A stretch of 64,000 nucleotides of DNA from Azolla caroliniana (taxonomy: Eukaryota > Plantae > Polypodiophyta), in contig JBHGNT010000079.1 in NCBI GenBank assembly GCA_043228905.1, forward strand, positions 40,218-104,217. Reading direction: 5' to 3'. The position numbers were made by a program, and so were the translations under genes. Shown piece by piece: positions 62,802 to 64,000 of this stretch. The notes below the pieces were generated by a model. The model was not told where the DNA came from. It searched no databases and worked only from the letters and a program-made list of their open reading frames with translations. The first letter of the stretch is position 1, and every line of letters starts with the position of its first letter.

Positions 62802-64000
62802 ATGTCCACTATCACATTCATCCGGACTTCTGAAATCCATGAGCACCTATACTGTAAATGGTGCTGTTCATCTGCAATCATGGCAAAGCAGAAGTGTGTC
62901 CGACTTTATGCTTCTAAGAGGCGACTCTAAAGACTTGGGGCAGTATACAAAGTCTCCTCCACCCTCCCCAATCGCAAATAAGTGGGGCATACTCGGGCAA
63001 TATCAATGTTTTACGGAGCCCGCCGAGTAGAGATTGACATTTATTATTCTTACATCTGTCAATATACATGTGTAAATTGCATGGCCTTGTAGAACTAAGT
63101 CTAGGAGTGCCTTCCATGAATTTGTTACTTCTCGTGGAGTTTTCATACACTATTCAGAAGTTTGGGGGCCAATTTAGATTCACCGACTTGACCTAAATGA
63201 AAAGGAGATGTTGTGATATAGTTACAATTTGCATGGAGAATATCAGCCATGGCATATGTAGAGTAAGTTGTCTTCACGCTCAAGTGAAAGAAGGTCCATG
63301 TTAAAGGTGGAATCTTACAATAGTTTAGGAGATTATCTCAATTTCTCACCCTTAGAAGATCTGTATCTAGAGCAGTTGCAATGCCTGGTACAGGTGAACT
63401 TGATGATACTTAGTGATTTCCATATGCACACATGCTACTGTAAACCCTTATGTCTAACTAGATTGAACATTCATTCTTTTTTTAAGCAATTAAAAGCTCA
63501 ATAGTTCATTATCTATGTCAATACGTTGGAATTTGAAATCATCCTCTTTGCTAATAAGGTTGTTAGTGTTGTTTCATTACATTTGAAGAAAAACTTAAAA
63601 CTCATCGTGAACCTTTACAAAATAGAATTGATTGGTAATGCCAACAAGAGCTTGCATTTGTTTTCCTACTCTAGAGGTGAATTCCCTAAAAACCTTTGCA
63701 ATTAAAGAGATACATTATTGTTACGTACATTGCAGTAGTTTCATGTGAATTACAAACGTTTCACATAATGCCAAAAACATAAATTTACATATAGATATTG
63801 TATGACACTTGTGAGGTAGGCAAAAAGGAGAAGTACTAAGGCGTGACTCAATGACATTTACTAATAGAGCATTTCAAACGTGCACACGTGGAAGAGTTGG
63901 ATGATGTTGACAATGAAGTTTTGAGATGTAATATATAGATGCAAATTTGGCTAGTGTCTACGTAGTTGTATTTAAGGTAACACCTCTAAGTCAAGTGAAG

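Overview
Eukaryotic, intron-containing land-plant DNA. It is probably a large-genome fern or lycophyte (inferred from microsatellite density, many PLS-type PPR remnants and the TE mix). Three host genes are supported, all on the + strand. (1) A two-exon LYR-motif protein (732-2470). (2) A BAHD acyltransferase of about 704 aa, with an unusually long N-terminal extension and a large charged internal insertion (14272-16585). (3) A 7-coding-exon PRONE-domain RopGEF whose conserved C-terminal tail is out of frame (60183-62801). The rest is mostly transposon-derived. A young full-length Ty1/Copia element (30774-36230; 671-bp LTRs, CAACA TSD, one premature stop) sits exactly in the terminus of an older opposite-strand Copia LTR. 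That older element is followed by a stack of L1-like and RTEX/L2-like LINEs separated by (TC)n tracts. There are also further L1 fragments, two 313-bp Mutator-like foldback MITEs, a hAT MITE, PPR and actin pseudogene scraps, and many small tandem duplications, several with inverted 'template-switch' linkers. No prokaryote-type system (CRISPR, operon) is visible, and I cannot claim a new biological system with confidence. The best leads are the atypical BAHD, the tail-less RopGEF, the LTR-terminus insertion site, the RTEX-like LINE and the recurrent duplication-plus-inverted-filler signature.
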